Below, one piece after another: positions 62,501-64,000 of a DNA stretch of 64,000 nucleotides. Positions within the stretch are counted from its first letter, which is position 1, and every line of letters starts with the position of its first letter. This DNA is from Hydrolagus affinis. Its lineage: Eukaryota. The notes beneath the pieces are model-generated. The model had not been told where the DNA came from. It searched no databases and saw only the letters and a program-made list of their open reading frames with translations. Location of the stretch: contig JAAILG010000177.1 of NCBI GenBank assembly GCA_012026655.1, positions 62,001-126,000 on the forward strand, read 5' to 3'. The position numbers and the translations under genes are program-made.

Positions 62501-64000
62501 GGATTTGTGCCAAGGTTCTCACTTTTGGCAAATTCTAGCAAATTAGAAACAGATAGAAAACAATCTACTTGAATCAAAGCAGCATTTTCTTCTCCCCCAG
62601 AGAATAGAATATAGAGATTCAATGAAATGCTACATTTCCGTACAAAAGATCACCAGTCAAAAAGGAATCTAATACAAATTGTCCTTGATATTTGTTCAAG
62701 AAGAATCTTGCACTAGATATGAAATTGGCAGAAAATTCTCTTATCTGTTTCAATTTTTAAGACAGTCATTGAGTAGTTTAATTCGCTATTGATTTGCCAT
62801 GATTTTTGATTTGCAAAGAGCTTTTTGAATCTTTATGCTGTTTCAAAATGAAAAATTAGTTTTCCTTTTCTCTTTCTGATGCATAAAAGGGAGGTTATTT
62901 CTTAGAAGTATTAACTCTAATCCACTGACTGTTGGTGGCTGAAGCAAATGGAATGGAAGTGGATTTAACAAGGTATACGTGTTGCAGTCTGGATCTACGG
63001 TTAACTTTGAAAATGCAACTTCATTTCCATCAGTAGCAATCTGTGACACATTATTTGTACTTATCTGGTGTAAATTGTCAGGAAATAAGTAGAGTGCTGG
63101 GCACATACAGAGCTCCACTAACTGATGCCTTAACATTGTTAGCAGTTGATATTGTTATCAACGAGCTGTCAGAGTGATAAGCTCTTTAATAACACAAAAA
63201 CAAGTGAAATCAAATAATCACTACCAAGAATTTCTAAACTTTTATTATTCTTATTCTTATTCTGAATGTCCTCGTTACAATTTAATGTGTAAGTGCAGTA
63301 TTTTGGATGGTGCCAGCTATTCTGTTTTCGTTTACAAAATATATATTTAATTCACATTACAGTATATTTTGTGAAGAGGTTTTCGATCAACCTCCTTCCC
63401 CCCCTGCCCTACACCTTCCTCAATCCCAAACCCCATTATCAAATACAAGGATTAGTACTACTGTATTTGAATCGAATACCAAGGCCATCATTTAGTCTTT
63501 GTTGCAAAAGAAAACCATGACAGCAAGTATTGCTTTCTAATTTTTGTATGTGTTCTATTGTGGGTGGTAATGAACTTACTATAAATGTGGCTTCTCTCCA
63601 TTACCCTATCCCTAGATTGCATTACCTCAGTGTTGTAATGTAAGTTTGCGAACCTTGTGACAATTACAATAAACTAAATGGACTTATGTAACATGCAGGG
63701 AAGGATCTTTTAGGGTAAATTTAATTTTAGGACGAAGAAGAGTAACACTGCAGACAGAAGCCATTAAAGAATAGGGGTGATAGATCACAAATGGGCAATC
63801 AATACCGAAGTTAACCCGCTGACTTGATTTTGTAAAGTAGGATTTTTATCGAAAATAATCTCAACTCATGTTCAGTGTAGCAAAACTAAAACAGAATCGT
63901 CTGTTATCCCTGCTCATCCACTGCATTCGCCACATTAAACAAATATTAGTAACAAACGAATGACTTTTTCTGCTCAGAGAATGGCACAGAAGAAATGAGA

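Noticed and set aside
6753-63520. Numerous 60-130 aa ORFs from the six-frame track
   Set aside because: No recognisable domains and no consistent exon structure. Their lengths are compatible with chance or TE origin.

Overview
AT-rich vertebrate genomic DNA. The repeat set (tRNA-headed SINEs with L2-type tails, Deu-domain SINEs, L2, CR1 and a Penelope-like fragment) suggests a cartilaginous fish; this is inferred, not verified. The only supported protein-coding feature is the 3' end of a Kelch-like gene, best matching KLHL4, on the + strand. It has four GT-AG exons (2866-3028, 3736-3948, 5199-5370, 6575-6634) that splice in frame to the C-terminus ...EVPLNIGRAGACIVVVKLP*, followed by a probable ~3.2 kb 3' UTR. 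The remaining ~54 kb is gene-desert-like. It holds many SINE/LINE fragments, three non-autonomous DNA transposons (one hAT-like, two Tigger/pogo-like), several nested insertions, and repeat-free islands that may be conserved non-coding elements. I found no convincing new protein-coding system. The most notable observations concern transposon architecture: a ~420 bp internal palindrome in a MITE, a SINE carrying two nested insertions including an inverted Penelope-like fragment, covarying SINE/L2 3' stem-loops, and an L2 tail forming the last KLHL4 splice-acceptor region. Repeat boundaries are approximate and family names come from motif recognition, not database searches.
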